A stretch of 64,000 bases of DNA from a bacterium (GTDB lineage Bacteria > Bacillota_I > Bacilli_A > RFN20 > CAG-288): positions 8,801 to 72,800 of the forward strand of contig CAVFFP010000003.1 of NCBI GenBank assembly GCA_963621825.1, written 5' to 3'. The position numbers and the translations under genes were made by a program. Position 1 is the first letter of the stretch. Each line of letters begins with the position of its first letter. Positions 48,390 through 57,892 of the stretch are shown piece by piece. Below the pieces are notes generated by a model. It saw only the letters and a program-made list of their open reading frames with translations, was not told where the DNA came from and searched no databases.

Positions 48390-49652
48390 TTAGTCATCTA
48401 ACAATTCAGAGATGATGTCTCCGATTTCATTCTCGCTCGGAGTTACATCAAAATTCTTAAGAACTGTTTTTCCAATGCAGGCGAAGGTATCCCTTTCCTC
48501 AATGAGTCTTCCGTAAGCATAAGAAGGAGAATAAGAGATGAGTGGGACTCTTTCTCTGGTATGATCGGTTCCCCACCAGGTAGGATCGTTTCCGTGGTCG
48601 GCAGTGATCATGAGGCAGTCGTCTTCTTTCAATACATCAAGAATCTCTTTGAGGTCCTGATCAAACTCTTCGATGCACTTACCATAACCGATAGGATCTC
48701 TTCTATGTCCATAGAGAACATCGAAGTCAGCAAGATTCACAAAGCAGAGTCCTTCAAAGTCTCTGTTCTTAGCAATGTCGAGTGTCTTCATCATTCCGTC
48801 ATGATTGCTATCGATATGATAGGATTCGTTCATTCCGCGTCCGGCGAAGATATCGTGGATTTTTCCGACTGCGATGACTTCTTTTCCGTTCTTGATTAAG
48901 TCATCTAAGGATGTATTGCCGTCCGGTTCCAAAGAATAGTCTCTTCTGTCAGTGGTTCTCTTGAAGTGACCTTTTTCGGTTCCGACGAAAGGACGGGCGA
49001 TGACTCTTCCTACTCTCCACTCCTTTTTCATTGTGATTTCACGGGCAATCTCACAGTCACGATACAATTCCTCGAGAGGAATGACATCGATGTTGGCAGC
49101 AATCTGAAGGACGGAGTCAGCGGAGGTATAGACAATCAGGGCTTTCTCACGGATGGATTCTTCTCCAAGTTCATCTAAGATGACCGTTCCGGACTGGGAA
49201 TAGTTTCCGATCAGCTTTCTTCCGGTTCTCTTAGAAAGCTCATCCATGAGTTCTTTCGGGAATCCCGTATCGGTAAAGGTGACTAACGGGTTTTCGGTCA
49301 AGATTCCCATCATTTCCCAGTGACCGGTCAAGGTGTCTTTTCCGTTGCTTCTTTCTCTCAATGTCTGAACATAGGAGTTCGGATGAGAGACTTTCTCGGT
49401 TCCTTTTACATCTGCGAGATCATGAATGCCTAAGGCGTTCATGGTGGGAACATGTAAGCCGTTCATCTTATCTGCGATGTGCACCCATGTGTTGGAGCCG
49501 ACATCGTTATGGTCACCGTTATAGAATCTGTCCGCATCGGGTTCTGCACCGATTCCGACGGAATCCATGACGATGACGAACATTCTTTTGAATTTTTTCA
49601 TTGTAGTTTCCTCTCTTGTCTTCATTTTAACTTTTTCTTTCTTTTCTTTCAA
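48390..49652 (-). CDS. deoB: Phosphopentomutase
   Basis: N-terminus KRMFVIVMDSVGIGAEPDADRF...VGSNTWVHIA matches DeoB; alkaline-phosphatase-superfamily metal ligands. Confidence 0.9.
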   Translation of the reverse strand: MKEKKEKVKMKTREETTMKKFKRMFVIVMDSVGIGAEPDADRFYNGDHNDVGSNTWVHIADKMNGLHVPTMNALGIHDLADVKGTEKVSHPNSYVQTLRERSNGKDTLTGHWEMMGILTENPLVTFTDTGFPKELMDELSKRTGRKLIGNYSQSGTVILDELGEESIREKALIVYTSADSVLQIAANIDVIPLEELYRDCEIAREITMKKEWRVGRVIARPFVGTEKGHFKRTTDRRDYSLEPDGNTSLDDLIKNGKEVIAVGKIHDIFAGRGMNESYHIDSNHDGMMKTLDIAKNRDFEGLCFVNLADFDVLYGHRRDPIGYGKCIEEFDQDLKEILDVLKEDDCLMITADHGNDPTWWGTDHTRERVPLISYSPSYAYGRLIEERDTFACIGKTVLKNFDVTPSENEIGDIISELLDD

Positions 49653-50545
49653 TGAATTGGATTTTTCGTTCTGCTTTTCTTCATGCCTTTTTCGTATTCT
49701 TGCTTCTCTTTTGTCTGTGTGATGTGAGTATAGATCTCCGTCGTTCTGATGTCTTCATGCCCTAATAAGGCTTTGACCTGAACAAGTCCAGCCCCGTTTG
49801 TCAATAATGCGGTAGCAAAGGAATGGCGCAGAGTATGAGGAGATATCTTCTTATCGATATGAGCAAGGCTAGCGTATTTCTTCAGCTGAAGGAAAAAGTA
49901 CTGTCTGCTAACCTGTTTTCCGTCAGGATGGACAAAGAACAATAGCGGATTGTCTTTGATCTTCTTCCGGTATTGTTCTTCATAATAGGTCATCGCTAGC
50001 GAACATTCCTCACTGAGAGGAAGAATTCGTTCTTTGCTTCTTTTTCCTAGTATTTTGATATATCCGCCTTTTAAATAGATATAATCCTCTCTCAAGCCGA
50101 CTAATTCAGAGACTCTTAATCCTAACGAATAAGAGATGAGAATCATCGTATAATCCAATAATCCTTTTTCCTCCTGAACAGGACATTGTTCTAAAATGCG
50201 TTTTACTTCCTCCGTAGTCAGGTAAACAGGCAGTTTTTTCTCACTTCTAGGAAGATAGATCTTCTCTAACTGTAAGTCGATGCCCTTCTCTTTTCTCAAG
50301 TAGGAGAGAAAACATCGTAGAGATGTCAGTTTCCTGATGATGGTCGAATTACAATACCCCTGTTTTACAAGTTCAGTATGATAACAGGAGAAATCTCTTT
50401 CGGTAAGAGATCCGATTTCTTCCTTTCCAAAAAGACGTTCAAAAAGGGCTAAGTCCCTAGAATAGGCGTCATAAGTCTTCTGAGAGAGACCTTTTTCACT
50501 AAGAAGATAGATAAGATACTCGTTCATTGCGTCAGAAACGGTCAT
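49649..50545 (-). CDS. xerD: Tyrosine recombinase XerD (RipX-like)
   Basis: 298 aa; C-terminal HTLRHSFATALLTNGAGLVQVKALLGHEDIRTTEIYTH with catalytic R-H-R-Y context; deoB neighbourhood as for Bsu ripX. Confidence 0.8.
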   Translation of the reverse strand: MTVSDAMNEYLIYLLSEKGLSQKTYDAYSRDLALFERLFGKEEIGSLTERDFSCYHTELVKQGYCNSTIIRKLTSLRCFLSYLRKEKGIDLQLEKIYLPRSEKKLPVYLTTEEVKRILEQCPVQEEKGLLDYTMILISYSLGLRVSELVGLREDYIYLKGGYIKILGKRSKERILPLSEECSLAMTYYEEQYRKKIKDNPLLFFVHPDGKQVSRQYFFLQLKKYASLAHIDKKISPHTLRHSFATALLTNGAGLVQVKALLGHEDIRTTEIYTHITQTKEKQEYEKGMKKSRTKNPIH

Positions 50546-51669
50546 TTCTTCGCCTTTCTTGCTGTGGTCAGCTGAATATCCATCGGAAGCTTTTCGTTGA
50601 GGAGAGAAAGGATTTCTGAGCTGTCTTCCTTTTTCTTCTCTTCTGTATCTTCTACTCTTTCCAGCATGACGCCGATAAGGCGGAAGCTCTGTCCATGGTA
50701 AATCGAATCAAATACCTTTATCGCATTGCTATATATCACTTCTAATTCATCCGTGCTTTTTGTAAGAGAGATGCGTTTGCTCTTCGTCACAAAATCCGGA
50801 GTACGGTATTTCAAGCCGATGCAGTCTGTCTTTTTATGGAACTTCACAAGTTCATTCTGACATTCCTTGGCACACTGATAAATCATCTCGGATATCTCAT
50901 CCTCATTGGATTCATCGTTGGCAAAGGTGCGTTCTGCGGAGATACTCTTCGGATTGAACTCGGAAGCATCGACAAAGTCATCTCCTATTCCATTGAGGTG
51001 GTCTTTGAGAACATCGTAATAGCTTCCTAGAATCTTTTTCTCCTCTGGAAACTGATACTGGTAGAAATCACCGATAGTGTTAATTCCGCAATCGATCAGT
51101 TTCGGTGCAGTCTTCTTTCCGACGCCAAAGAGCTTATCGATGGACAAAGGAAACAGCATCTTTTGGAAATTCTCTCTTGTGAATATAGTGATGCCTAATG
51201 GTTTTTTATAGTCGGACCCCATCTTTGCCAAAAACTTAGTCCAACCGCAGCCGATAGAACATTTCAGTTTTGTTGCACGGTATAGTTCCATGGAAAGATC
51301 AAAAAGATAATCGTGAAGATGTTCTTTATCCGCAGAGTCTGTCATATCGATATAGCATTCATCGATAGAAGCCTGTTCCAGTATCGGATACTTCTTCTTC
51401 AGATAAGAGAAGAAAGCGATGGAATTGCGTTTGTATAGGGAAAAATGAGGAGGCACAAGAATCAGGTCCCGGCATTTGTTTTTTGCGGTGCTGACTGGCA
51501 TTCCTGAATGCACACCTAAACGTCTAGCCTCATAGCTAGAGGTAGAGATAACGCCTCTTTTCCCGTCATAACCGATAGCGACAGGTTTATTGAGAAGTTC
51601 CGGGTTCTCCTTGACTTCGCACTGGACAAAGAAGCAGTTGAGATCGATATGTACGATGATCTTTTCCAT
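50542..51669 (-). CDS. dinB: DNA polymerase IV
   Basis: IIVHIDLNCFFVQCEV N-terminus (Y-family palm), little-finger domain, 375 aa. Confidence 0.85.
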   Translation of the reverse strand: MEKIIVHIDLNCFFVQCEVKENPELLNKPVAIGYDGKRGVISTSSYEARRLGVHSGMPVSTAKNKCRDLILVPPHFSLYKRNSIAFFSYLKKKYPILEQASIDECYIDMTDSADKEHLHDYLFDLSMELYRATKLKCSIGCGWTKFLAKMGSDYKKPLGITIFTRENFQKMLFPLSIDKLFGVGKKTAPKLIDCGINTIGDFYQYQFPEEKKILGSYYDVLKDHLNGIGDDFVDASEFNPKSISAERTFANDESNEDEISEMIYQCAKECQNELVKFHKKTDCIGLKYRTPDFVTKSKRISLTKSTDELEVIYSNAIKVFDSIYHGQSFRLIGVMLERVEDTEEKKKEDSSEILSLLNEKLPMDIQLTTARKAKK

Positions 51670-53318
51670 CAGCGATATTCGTTCCTCAGTTCAATAGCCT
51701 GATTTCTTGCGGCATCTGTGATATTATTTCCAGAAAGCATCTTAGCGATGAAGGAGATGATTTCCTCTTCGCTCATATTCTTAGCCGTTGTCTTTGTGAC
51801 CTTGTCGGTTGTCTTTTTCTCAATATAGATGGCACTCTTTGCACTGGATACGACTTGAGCAAGATGAGAGATGACAAGAACGGAACTGCAAGAAGAAAGA
51901 GAGGAAATCTTCTTAGCGATGAGAGCAGCTTGCTTTCCGCTGACTCCGGTATCAATCTCATCCAAGACGACTAAATCATAGGGATTAATATGGTTCAGGA
52001 CGATTTTCAAAGCCAACATAAGTCGGCTAGCTTCACCGCCGGAGGCTGCTTTTCTTAGGCTTGCCTTTTCGATGCCGTCATTGAGCTGAACTAAAAACTG
52101 ACAGTTATAAGCACCGGTATTGGTGAGTTCAGATTTTGCAAATTCGATAAAGAATCCGTTCTTTCTTAAGCCTAAGTCTGTCATCTCTTTGGAGATAGCT
52201 TTATTGAGTTTCTCAGCAGCTTTCTTTTCTGAAGCATAGAAAACTTCGGCACTTTCTTCCGCTTCTTTATAGAGTCTCTGTAACTCCTTTTCTTTCTTTT
52301 CTTTTTCCATTTCAAAAGTAGATGAGAATTCGAGTTTATCCTTGTATTCGTGATACTTTGCTAAGATTTCTTCTGTCGTTCTTCCATACTTCCTCTGTAA
52401 TGTCTTCAAAGAAAAGAGTCGTTCATTGATTTCATCGATTCGATGAGGATCAAAGTCGAGGGAATCAAAAGCATGGGAGAGACTAGAATACTGTTCTCTA
52501 ACGTTGTTTAATGCTTCTTCTAACGCTTCAGCCTTATCGGATAAGGAAGTCTCTTTCAAAGGTCTTAAAGCACGAAGAACAGAGGAGATTGAGGAGTTAA
52601 GGGAAAAATCTTCGTTTTCGACTGCGTTATCGAATGCGGCATAATCATTCTGAATCTTGCTGAACTCTTTTAAAGAGTCGAATTCTGCATTGAGGTTTTC
52701 GATCTCATGCTCTTTGAGATGGTATTTTTCGATTTCATTGATCTGATAGGTCAGATAATCGGTATCGATGTCCTTATAGGAAGAGAGGAAATCATTTCTT
52801 TCTTTCTTCTTTGCTAGGTATTCGTCGTATTTCTTCTGATAATTCTTCAGTGCTTTATTTCCTGCTTCGTCTAAGAAGCCTAACACATAAAACAGCTGTT
52901 TTTTCTCATCTAAGATATCGATATTGCTATTCTGTGAATGGATATCGATAAGATGCAAAGAGATTCTTTTCAGCTCATTCTGAGAGACGATTTCATCATT
53001 GATATAACAACGGCTGGAATGATCAGGAAGAAGCACTCTTTTTAAGATAAGCTGACCATTTTCAACGTACTCATTCACTTCTTCATGACGGGACAGAAAA
53101 TCAGAATTCAGAGTAAAAAGCGCCGATATCGTGGCTTTCTTCTCTTTGTCGCGAATCAAGGAGAAATCCGCTCTTTCTCCTAAAAGAAGATTCAAGGATG
53201 AGACAATCAATGATTTTCCGGCACCGGTCTCACCTAAAAGCGCGACATATTCGCTTTCAAAGCGTAGTGTCGTATCCTCAATGACGGCAAGATTTGATAT
53301 GTGTAGTTCCTCTAACAT
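51669..53318 (-). CDS. recN: DNA repair protein RecN
   Basis: LHISNLAVIED..GETGAGKSLI Walker A, long coiled coil, C-terminal signature and Walker B (LVVLDEIDTG). Confidence 0.9.
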   Translation of the reverse strand: MLEELHISNLAVIEDTTLRFESEYVALLGETGAGKSLIVSSLNLLLGERADFSLIRDKEKKATISALFTLNSDFLSRHEEVNEYVENGQLILKRVLLPDHSSRCYINDEIVSQNELKRISLHLIDIHSQNSNIDILDEKKQLFYVLGFLDEAGNKALKNYQKKYDEYLAKKKERNDFLSSYKDIDTDYLTYQINEIEKYHLKEHEIENLNAEFDSLKEFSKIQNDYAAFDNAVENEDFSLNSSISSVLRALRPLKETSLSDKAEALEEALNNVREQYSSLSHAFDSLDFDPHRIDEINERLFSLKTLQRKYGRTTEEILAKYHEYKDKLEFSSTFEMEKEKKEKELQRLYKEAEESAEVFYASEKKAAEKLNKAISKEMTDLGLRKNGFFIEFAKSELTNTGAYNCQFLVQLNDGIEKASLRKAASGGEASRLMLALKIVLNHINPYDLVVLDEIDTGVSGKQAALIAKKISSLSSCSSVLVISHLAQVVSSAKSAIYIEKKTTDKVTKTTAKNMSEEEIISFIAKMLSGNNITDAARNQAIELRNEYR

Positions 53319-53354
53319 GATAGCCTCCTACTAGAATATATATCCAAATAAGAC

Positions 53355-55109
53355 TTAACAGTATCTCTTTATGAAATCCTTTGCACTCTCTAAATCGATA
53401 TGACTTTCCTTCTCGATGTCAGAATTCTGGCCGTATGGATAAAACTTCTTTTCTAATGTCAAAGAATGGTAATTTCCTTTAAATCCCTTATCGAAAAGTT
53501 TTTCTTTCAAATAGGAAGAAGTTCCTTCTTCAATCGAATAAGGATCATAGAATAGAATCGTATCATAGGAAAGAAGCTCTTCTACATCAAAAGAAAGCAA
53601 GGAAATAATAAGAGCTTTATCACAGGCACAATCCACTGTTTCTTCTATCAGATAGAATCCCTTCGGTCCAACTGAGAGAAGTAGAGTGTTCTCAGCTTCT
53701 TTATGGAAGAAACAGATATCCTGATACTCAAAAGGAAGATTCGTTATAGGCATCGTTTCCTTCGGGAAGCGGATAAACACGCTTTTCATATTCTGGAATC
53801 CTTTTTCTCTCATAAGATAATCTAAACTCGTTCTATCATAGGGCATATAACAAAGAATATTAGGAATAGAACGAAGCAACGCTACATCAAAAATACCATG
53901 GTGAGAAGAACCATCCCCTCCAACCAAAGAGCATCTTTCCAGAAGGAAAAGAGCAGTGCAGCCCTGTCTAGAAAGATTCATGATGAGCTGATCGAGTCCT
54001 CTTTGCAAAAAGGTCGAATAAATATCAATGACAGGCTTTTTCCCTTTGAGAGACAGTCCGCTAGATATCGTAAGCGAACACTCTTCCGCAATACCGACGT
54101 CTAAGGTGCGGTCTGAGTATTTTGCAAACACACGAAGAAGAGAAGAGGAGGTTTCCATAGCCGGAGTAAGAACATAAATATCCGTATCCTTTTCCATCAT
54201 ATTCAAAAGGATATTCTCTTTTTCATAGGCAAAAGAAGTGTCATTATCCTCTTTTATAAATCCAGGATTGACTCCATGGTAGAATCCTTTTCCATCGTTT
54301 TCAAACTCATTGTTTCCGTATCCTTTTCTTGTCAGCACTTCTAATAAGACGGGACCTTTTTCACTTACCTGTTTTGCGGTTTCAAAGGCTTCCACAAGAG
54401 CATAAGGATCATGACCTTCGACCTTTCCAAGATAGTTAAGTCCACCGTATTTATTCGGCTCAATCGAATCTTCTCTGATCTGTTTTACATGTAAAAGATA
54501 GGATTCTTTATCGTATTCCCGAATATGATTCTCGCGGTACTGGATTCTATCTTCGCGGATTTTATCATCACTTAACGATTCCTCATCCCACTCTTTCTGT
54601 ATTGCCATACCATTCTTGTTGATGATGACAATCAGATTCTTTAGCTTAGTTCTGTTAGCAAGGACATCCATCGCTTCCTGGGCTAAGCCGTTTTTATATG
54701 AGGCATCCCCAATGAGGATGACAGTATAACTATCATTGCCGTCAAGCTGTTTCGAAAGAGCCATACCAATACCTGTAGGTAAAGCGTCTCCGGAATGACC
54801 GCTATCGTATTTATCAGAAGAGGATTCACTTCTCAGCGTAAACGGAGAGACCCCGTCAATCTGACGAAGGCGGGTAAGGTCTCTTCCAGTCAGTATTTTA
54901 TAGGCATAGCTTTGATGTCCGACATCAAAAAGAATATCATCCTTGATCGTGTCAAAGGATGATACAAGGGCTGAAGAGAGTTCAACGACACCGAGATTGG
55001 AAGTCAGATGTCCGCCGTTATGATAGACAGCAGATATGATTTTCTCTCTGATCTCTTCCGCTTCCTTGCACTTCTTCTGATAGTCGTTAAGAAAGCTATT
55101 ATCAGGCAT
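53355..55109 (-). CDS. dxs: 1-deoxy-D-xylulose-5-phosphate synthase
   Basis: GGHLTSNLGVVELS, VGHQSYAYKILTGR, GHSGDALPTGIGMA and GGDGSSHHG motifs align with Dxs TPP and histidine regions; start placed at Met-14 (55109). Confidence 0.85.
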   Translation of the reverse strand: MPDNSFLNDYQKKCKEAEEIREKIISAVYHNGGHLTSNLGVVELSSALVSSFDTIKDDILFDVGHQSYAYKILTGRDLTRLRQIDGVSPFTLRSESSSDKYDSGHSGDALPTGIGMALSKQLDGNDSYTVILIGDASYKNGLAQEAMDVLANRTKLKNLIVIINKNGMAIQKEWDEESLSDDKIREDRIQYRENHIREYDKESYLLHVKQIREDSIEPNKYGGLNYLGKVEGHDPYALVEAFETAKQVSEKGPVLLEVLTRKGYGNNEFENDGKGFYHGVNPGFIKEDNDTSFAYEKENILLNMMEKDTDIYVLTPAMETSSSLLRVFAKYSDRTLDVGIAEECSLTISSGLSLKGKKPVIDIYSTFLQRGLDQLIMNLSRQGCTALFLLERCSLVGGDGSSHHGIFDVALLRSIPNILCYMPYDRTSLDYLMREKGFQNMKSVFIRFPKETMPITNLPFEYQDICFFHKEAENTLLLSVGPKGFYLIEETVDCACDKALIISLLSFDVEELLSYDTILFYDPYSIEEGTSSYLKEKLFDKGFKGNYHSLTLEKKFYPYGQNSDIEKESHIDLESAKDFIKRYC

Positions 55110-55320
55110 TCTGAATTGTGTCTGTAACCTCTTTGGAGAGTTTCTCAAGTCTGTTCTCCATCTCTTTCAGAACAGCTTTCCCTTTGAGATAGAGTGTGCT
55201 TGCATCATCTAATCCGATATTGTCTTTGGATAATTCTGCCATGATGTCCTCAGAAAGTTTCTCGAGTTCCTCATAGCTTTTTGTCGATAAATCATCGCTC
55301 TGTTTTGTAGTTTTAGCCAT
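55102..55320 (-). CDS. xseB: Exodeoxyribonuclease VII small subunit
   Basis: 72 aa helical protein directly downstream of xseA. Confidence 0.8.
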   Translation of the reverse strand: MAKTTKQSDDLSTKSYEELEKLSEDIMAELSKDNIGLDDASTLYLKGKAVLKEMENRLEKLSKEVTDTIQNA

Positions 55321-55329
55321 ACTAGCCTC

Positions 55330-56604
55330 CTATTTGATCTTCGCGCCCTTTCTTCCGTCTAAGAAGGTGATCTCTACTTCATCCGCGGAATTGAGTTCGT
55401 TCGCTGACATGATTTTCTTACCACCTTTCATGACGATGGCATAGCCTTTATCTTTTAATAATGTTGGGTTATATTTTTCCAACTCATTCTCTTTTTTCAA
55501 GAGTTTCTCTTTCTTATCGCTCAGATAATTCCTGTATACAGAATCAAGAGACGACTCTTTTTTTAATAGTTCAAGTCGCTTCTTTCGGATTACATTATAA
55601 AGACAGTAGTTCAATGTCGAAGAAGAAGAGGATAATTTCTTCTGTTCCTTTTTCAGTAAAGAGAGAGGAGAGAGGGATTCAAGTCTTTTTCTTCTCTGCT
55701 CTAACGTGAAGACAGCGTTATTCATGATAGAGCTGAACCTGTCATTGAGTCCATCTCGGATAGATTCTAATTCATCGGAAATATCGCTTAAGCTAGGATT
55801 GATTAGGCTAGCGCCTTCCGTCGGCGTGATTGCCTGAGCATCCGAAACGCGGTCAGCGATTGCGGTATCGATCGTATGACCGATACAGGTGATAACTGGA
55901 ATCCTGCTTTCTGCAATCGCTAAAGCGACTTTCTCATCATCGAAGCAGGAAAGGTCCGTTTTGCTGCCTCCTCCTCTTCCTAAGATGATACAGTCAAAAT
56001 CCATCGAAGAGGCAAGATTCATATTCTTAACGATGCTTTTTGCAGCGCCTTCTCCTTGTACGACGGTCGGAAAAAGAACGGTATCGACTGGGAATCGATC
56101 ATGAAGCGTCTTCTTGATATCCTGATATGCGGCACCGGTCTCTGCGGTGAGAATTGCGATTCTCTTGCAGAAACGAGGTATCATTCTTTTCCTTTTCGGA
56201 TCCAAATAGCCGAGCTTATCGAGTTTTTCCAGTGTCTTTTTCTTCTCTAACAGAGCTTTTCCAGACTGAGTCTGAATCATCTCAACCTTCTTGCCCCAGA
56301 GAGTCAAAGACGAGCCGTGCGCGTAATAAGATAAACTTCCTGTAATCTGTATGACGTCACCGACTTTGATCTCCTCTAAGCCATAGTCATTCCCGTAGTA
56401 GCAGTTGAAGGCGCAGCGAAGAAGAGGAGAATTCGTCTCCTTATGGCCTTGGTCTCCTAAATCGATATAGGTGAACTTGCCTAATCGGATAGAATATACT
56501 TCACCATAAACAGCAAGCGAGGAGAACATGGGGTTCTCAAAGCAGGCTTTCAGAATATTGGATAATTGTGATACGGATAACGGCTTAGTTTCCTTTGCAC
56601 TCAT
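55330..56604 (-). CDS. xseA: Exodeoxyribonuclease VII large subunit
   Basis: N-terminal OB fold (LSVSQLSNILK...), catalytic domain, C-terminal coiled coil; start placed at Met-13. Confidence 0.85.
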   Translation of the reverse strand: MSAKETKPLSVSQLSNILKACFENPMFSSLAVYGEVYSIRLGKFTYIDLGDQGHKETNSPLLRCAFNCYYGNDYGLEEIKVGDVIQITGSLSYYAHGSSLTLWGKKVEMIQTQSGKALLEKKKTLEKLDKLGYLDPKRKRMIPRFCKRIAILTAETGAAYQDIKKTLHDRFPVDTVLFPTVVQGEGAAKSIVKNMNLASSMDFDCIILGRGGGSKTDLSCFDDEKVALAIAESRIPVITCIGHTIDTAIADRVSDAQAITPTEGASLINPSLSDISDELESIRDGLNDRFSSIMNNAVFTLEQRRKRLESLSPLSLLKKEQKKLSSSSSTLNYCLYNVIRKKRLELLKKESSLDSVYRNYLSDKKEKLLKKENELEKYNPTLLKDKGYAIVMKGGKKIMSANELNSADEVEITFLDGRKGAKIK

Positions 56605-57019
56605 AGGGTGGGATTGCCTTATCCAAGATGGCATTGACAAACTTATGATCGTTCTCTTTCAAGAAGTTCTTGCTGATCATGACAGCTTCATTGATAACGG
56701 CATTTCTAGGAGCCTGTTTCAGATAGAGACCTTCTGTCAGAGCAACAAAAAGAATACCCTTGCAGACATTATCGAGTCTTTCAAAGGTCCAACCGACGAG
56801 ATGGTCAGAGATAACCTTCTTGATCTCATCGAAATGTTCGATTCCTAAAGCGTAAATAGCCTGGGAAAAGGGAGGGCAATCCTCATAATTGTCCACTCCG
56901 TAGATATTGCAAAGCATGCTGGTGGCATCATATTCCGTCTTGTTCTCTAATGCTAAAAAGAGCTGATAGAATGCCTGCATGGTCTTGGTGCGTTCATCGC
57001 GTCTTGTATATGTGCTCAT
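56585..57019 (-). CDS. nusB: Transcription antitermination factor NusB
   Basis: 144 aa all-helical, RRDERTKTMQAFYQ N-terminus typical of NusB; upstream of xseA as in the Bacillus operon. Confidence 0.8.
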   Translation of the reverse strand: MSTYTRRDERTKTMQAFYQLFLALENKTEYDATSMLCNIYGVDNYEDCPPFSQAIYALGIEHFDEIKKVISDHLVGWTFERLDNVCKGILFVALTEGLYLKQAPRNAVINEAVMISKNFLKENDHKFVNAILDKAIPPYECKGN

Positions 57020-57022
57020 AGG

Positions 57023-57544
57023 TTATTCGTTCTCCTGTTCATAATGATCCAATTTTCTGGATAACAGATATAAATAAAGGCAAATCGCAAGGAAGATGAG
57101 ATGAAGGATAATAGAAAGTATGACATCGACTGTCGTCATCTTCAATAACGGTAAAGAGAGATAATTGACAAGCAGAAGAGGAAGAAGACAGACAGAATCG
57201 ACAGAGTAAGCGACAAGTATCGCTAAGACATATCCTTTCTTTCCTTTGACAGCAAAGGAAGAGAAGAGAATCATACTCAGAGTGAAGACAATCGTGATGA
57301 CTGAGGAGATGGAATTGACCAGATCCGCATTCTGTTTTCCGGAAAGAAGCAATGCAGAAAGAAGAGAGGAAGAGTACATGATTCCAAGTCCGGGACAGGA
57401 GGAGTAAGTCAATGTCTCCGTATTGAATTTCAAGAAGGTCTGAAGAAGGATCTGACCGATGGAATGAAGAATGCTTAAGAAGATCGGTAACGAGCATAAT
57501 AGCCCATATCTTTTCCTTTTTAGAGTGTAATCCTGTTCATCCAT
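57023..57544 (-). CDS. Small polytopic membrane protein between asp23 and nusB (possibly AmaP-like Asp23 anchor)
   Basis: 173 aa, 4-5 hydrophobic helices; function inferred only from adjacency to the Asp23-family gene. Confidence 0.4.
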   Translation of the reverse strand: MDEQDYTLKRKRYGLLCSLPIFLSILHSIGQILLQTFLKFNTETLTYSSCPGLGIMYSSSLLSALLLSGKQNADLVNSISSVITIVFTLSMILFSSFAVKGKKGYVLAILVAYSVDSVCLLPLLLVNYLSLPLLKMTTVDVILSIILHLIFLAICLYLYLLSRKLDHYEQENE

Positions 57545-57545
57545 A

Positions 57546-57884
57546 TTACTTCTTGGTGATAAAGCCGAGAATGATGACGTTCACTTTAACGGAAGAAATC
57601 TCCGTAGCGTCATAAATATCATCATAAATCGCTTTCTGAATGTCGGAAGAGATGACGCTAGCCTGGCAATCGGAAGAAAGATAAAGTTCGACATCAACTT
57701 TGATATGATTCTTCTTGTCGATCTCTGTGTGGATCTTAGCCGTCTTTTTTCCGTTCTTGAGGAAAACGACATCTTTCAGCTCATCATTCATCAAAGAGCT
57801 AAGAGAGTCGCCTGCAATCTGATTGAACACATTTTCGGAAATATTAAGATTTCCGTTGTTGTTTTTTTGGTTATAGTAATTCAT
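57546..57884 (-). CDS. Asp23/Gls24 (alkaline shock protein 23) family protein
   Basis: 112 aa; Asp23-family length and position (Bsu yqhY precedes nusB). Confidence 0.7.
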   Translation of the reverse strand: MNYYNQKNNNGNLNISENVFNQIAGDSLSSLMNDELKDVVFLKNGKKTAKIHTEIDKKNHIKVDVELYLSSDCQASVISSDIQKAIYDDIYDATEISSVKVNVIILGFITKK

Positions 57885-57892
57885 AATTTCAC

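Noticed and set aside
49649-50545. Tyrosine recombinase as a phage/ICE integrase marking a mobile element
   Set aside because: Length, C-terminal motif and the deoB neighbourhood match chromosomal XerD/RipX. Flanking genes are housekeeping (deoB, dinB, recN) with no att repeats, phage or conjugation genes.
57039-57497. 152-aa alternative-frame ORF overlapping the membrane-protein gene
   Set aside because: Same strand, different frame, Cys/Ser-rich low-complexity translation; the hydrophobic frame (57023-57544) is the plausible product.
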